Assembly: GCA_003599755.1 (NCBI GenBank)
Contig: QZJO01000011.1
Span: 66,424-130,423 of the forward strand
Length of the DNA: 64,000 nucleotides
DNA from: Candidatus Parcubacteria bacterium
Lineage (GTDB): Bacteria > Patescibacteriota > Minisyncoccia > Sungbacterales > SURF-37
Reading direction: 5' to 3'
The translations under genes and the position numbers were made by a program. Of the stretch, positions 63,625 to 64,000 are shown in pieces; position 1 is the stretch's first letter; every line of letters begins with the position of its first letter. The notes beneath the pieces were generated by a model. It made no database searches, was not told the origin of the DNA, and worked only from the letters and a program-made list of their open reading frames with translations.

Positions 63625-64000
63625 AACGTTTGAACGGGAAATCTATCGGCTGCGGGAACGATGCAAACGTTCACCGGAGCCGTTAGCGTACCAGCAGTGA
63701 AAATATCCGGTCAATTTTCGGCACGCCGTTTTATGCACAGGTTATTCAACGCGGGGCCATTTTGGTCCAGCGCGACGGGCGGTTGACACGCCAAGCGAGA
63801 TGTCGCTACGAATGCATTGCAAAAACAGCATCGGTTTTCGGTGAGGCGAGATCGCATATGGGGGTCTTACTGCTCGTGTTCCCCAAGGTAAGACCCCCGT
63901 ATGCGAACTCGATGCTGAATTTCCCTTCGGTCCGACGCGCATTATTTAATGCGCGCCGGTCTTATTTAATTTCCCAGCGCAAAAAACATTAATCGCCGCT

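Overview
The window is high-GC (about 65%) bacterial chromosomal DNA with a strong AGGAGG-type ribosome-binding-site signal. It is gene-dense, mostly on the minus strand, and rich in secreted or surface proteins with Pro/Ala/Thr linkers and in small hypothetical proteins. In content it resembles a Parcubacteria-like (CPR-type) genome, but this is not proven. Many long ORFs in the six-frame track are antisense artefacts of the GC bias; I kept only ORFs with recognisable family motifs, good Shine-Dalgarno context or operon logic. Recognisable content, in order: a partial DUF62-like gene at the window edge; a GlsB/YeaQ stress protein, a small methyltransferase, DUF1059 and IMP dehydrogenase (guaB); a receiver-domain regulator; a minus-strand exopolysaccharide locus with a PNAG-like core (UDP-sugar dehydrogenase, GT2 synthase, two NodB-type deacetylases) and two paralogous secreted tandem-domain proteins; a peptidoglycan-binding protein; a GT4 plus GDE_C-type hydrolase pair; a metzincin-like protease with a variant zinc motif; hemerythrin; an ECF sigma/anti-sigma pair; an ApbE flavin transferase with a membrane FNR-like reductase and a candidate FMN-binding lipoprotein; a sigma-54 activator preceded by two paralogous mini HNH-like proteins; a FecR-domain protein plus CHASE2 class III nucleotidyl cyclase; a CopB-type P1B ATPase with two DUF305 genes and a BNR propeller; a secreted protein with five Cys-quartet repeats in an operon with an ABC exporter; and a lower-GC block (about 46.7-51.9 kb) ending at a tRNA-Asn. 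That block contains a 1.9-kb cassette (trypsin-like S1 protease plus two small ORFs) bounded by 207-bp direct repeats, a stand-alone UvrD-like helicase and a GIY-YIG mini-cassette. After it comes a SipW-type signal peptidase locus with five large secreted proteins that share a conserved N-terminal domain, and a candidate SRP RNA near the window end. No rRNA genes or CRISPR arrays are present. Sequence-derived coordinates (terminators, repeats, tRNA) may be off by 1-2 nt.
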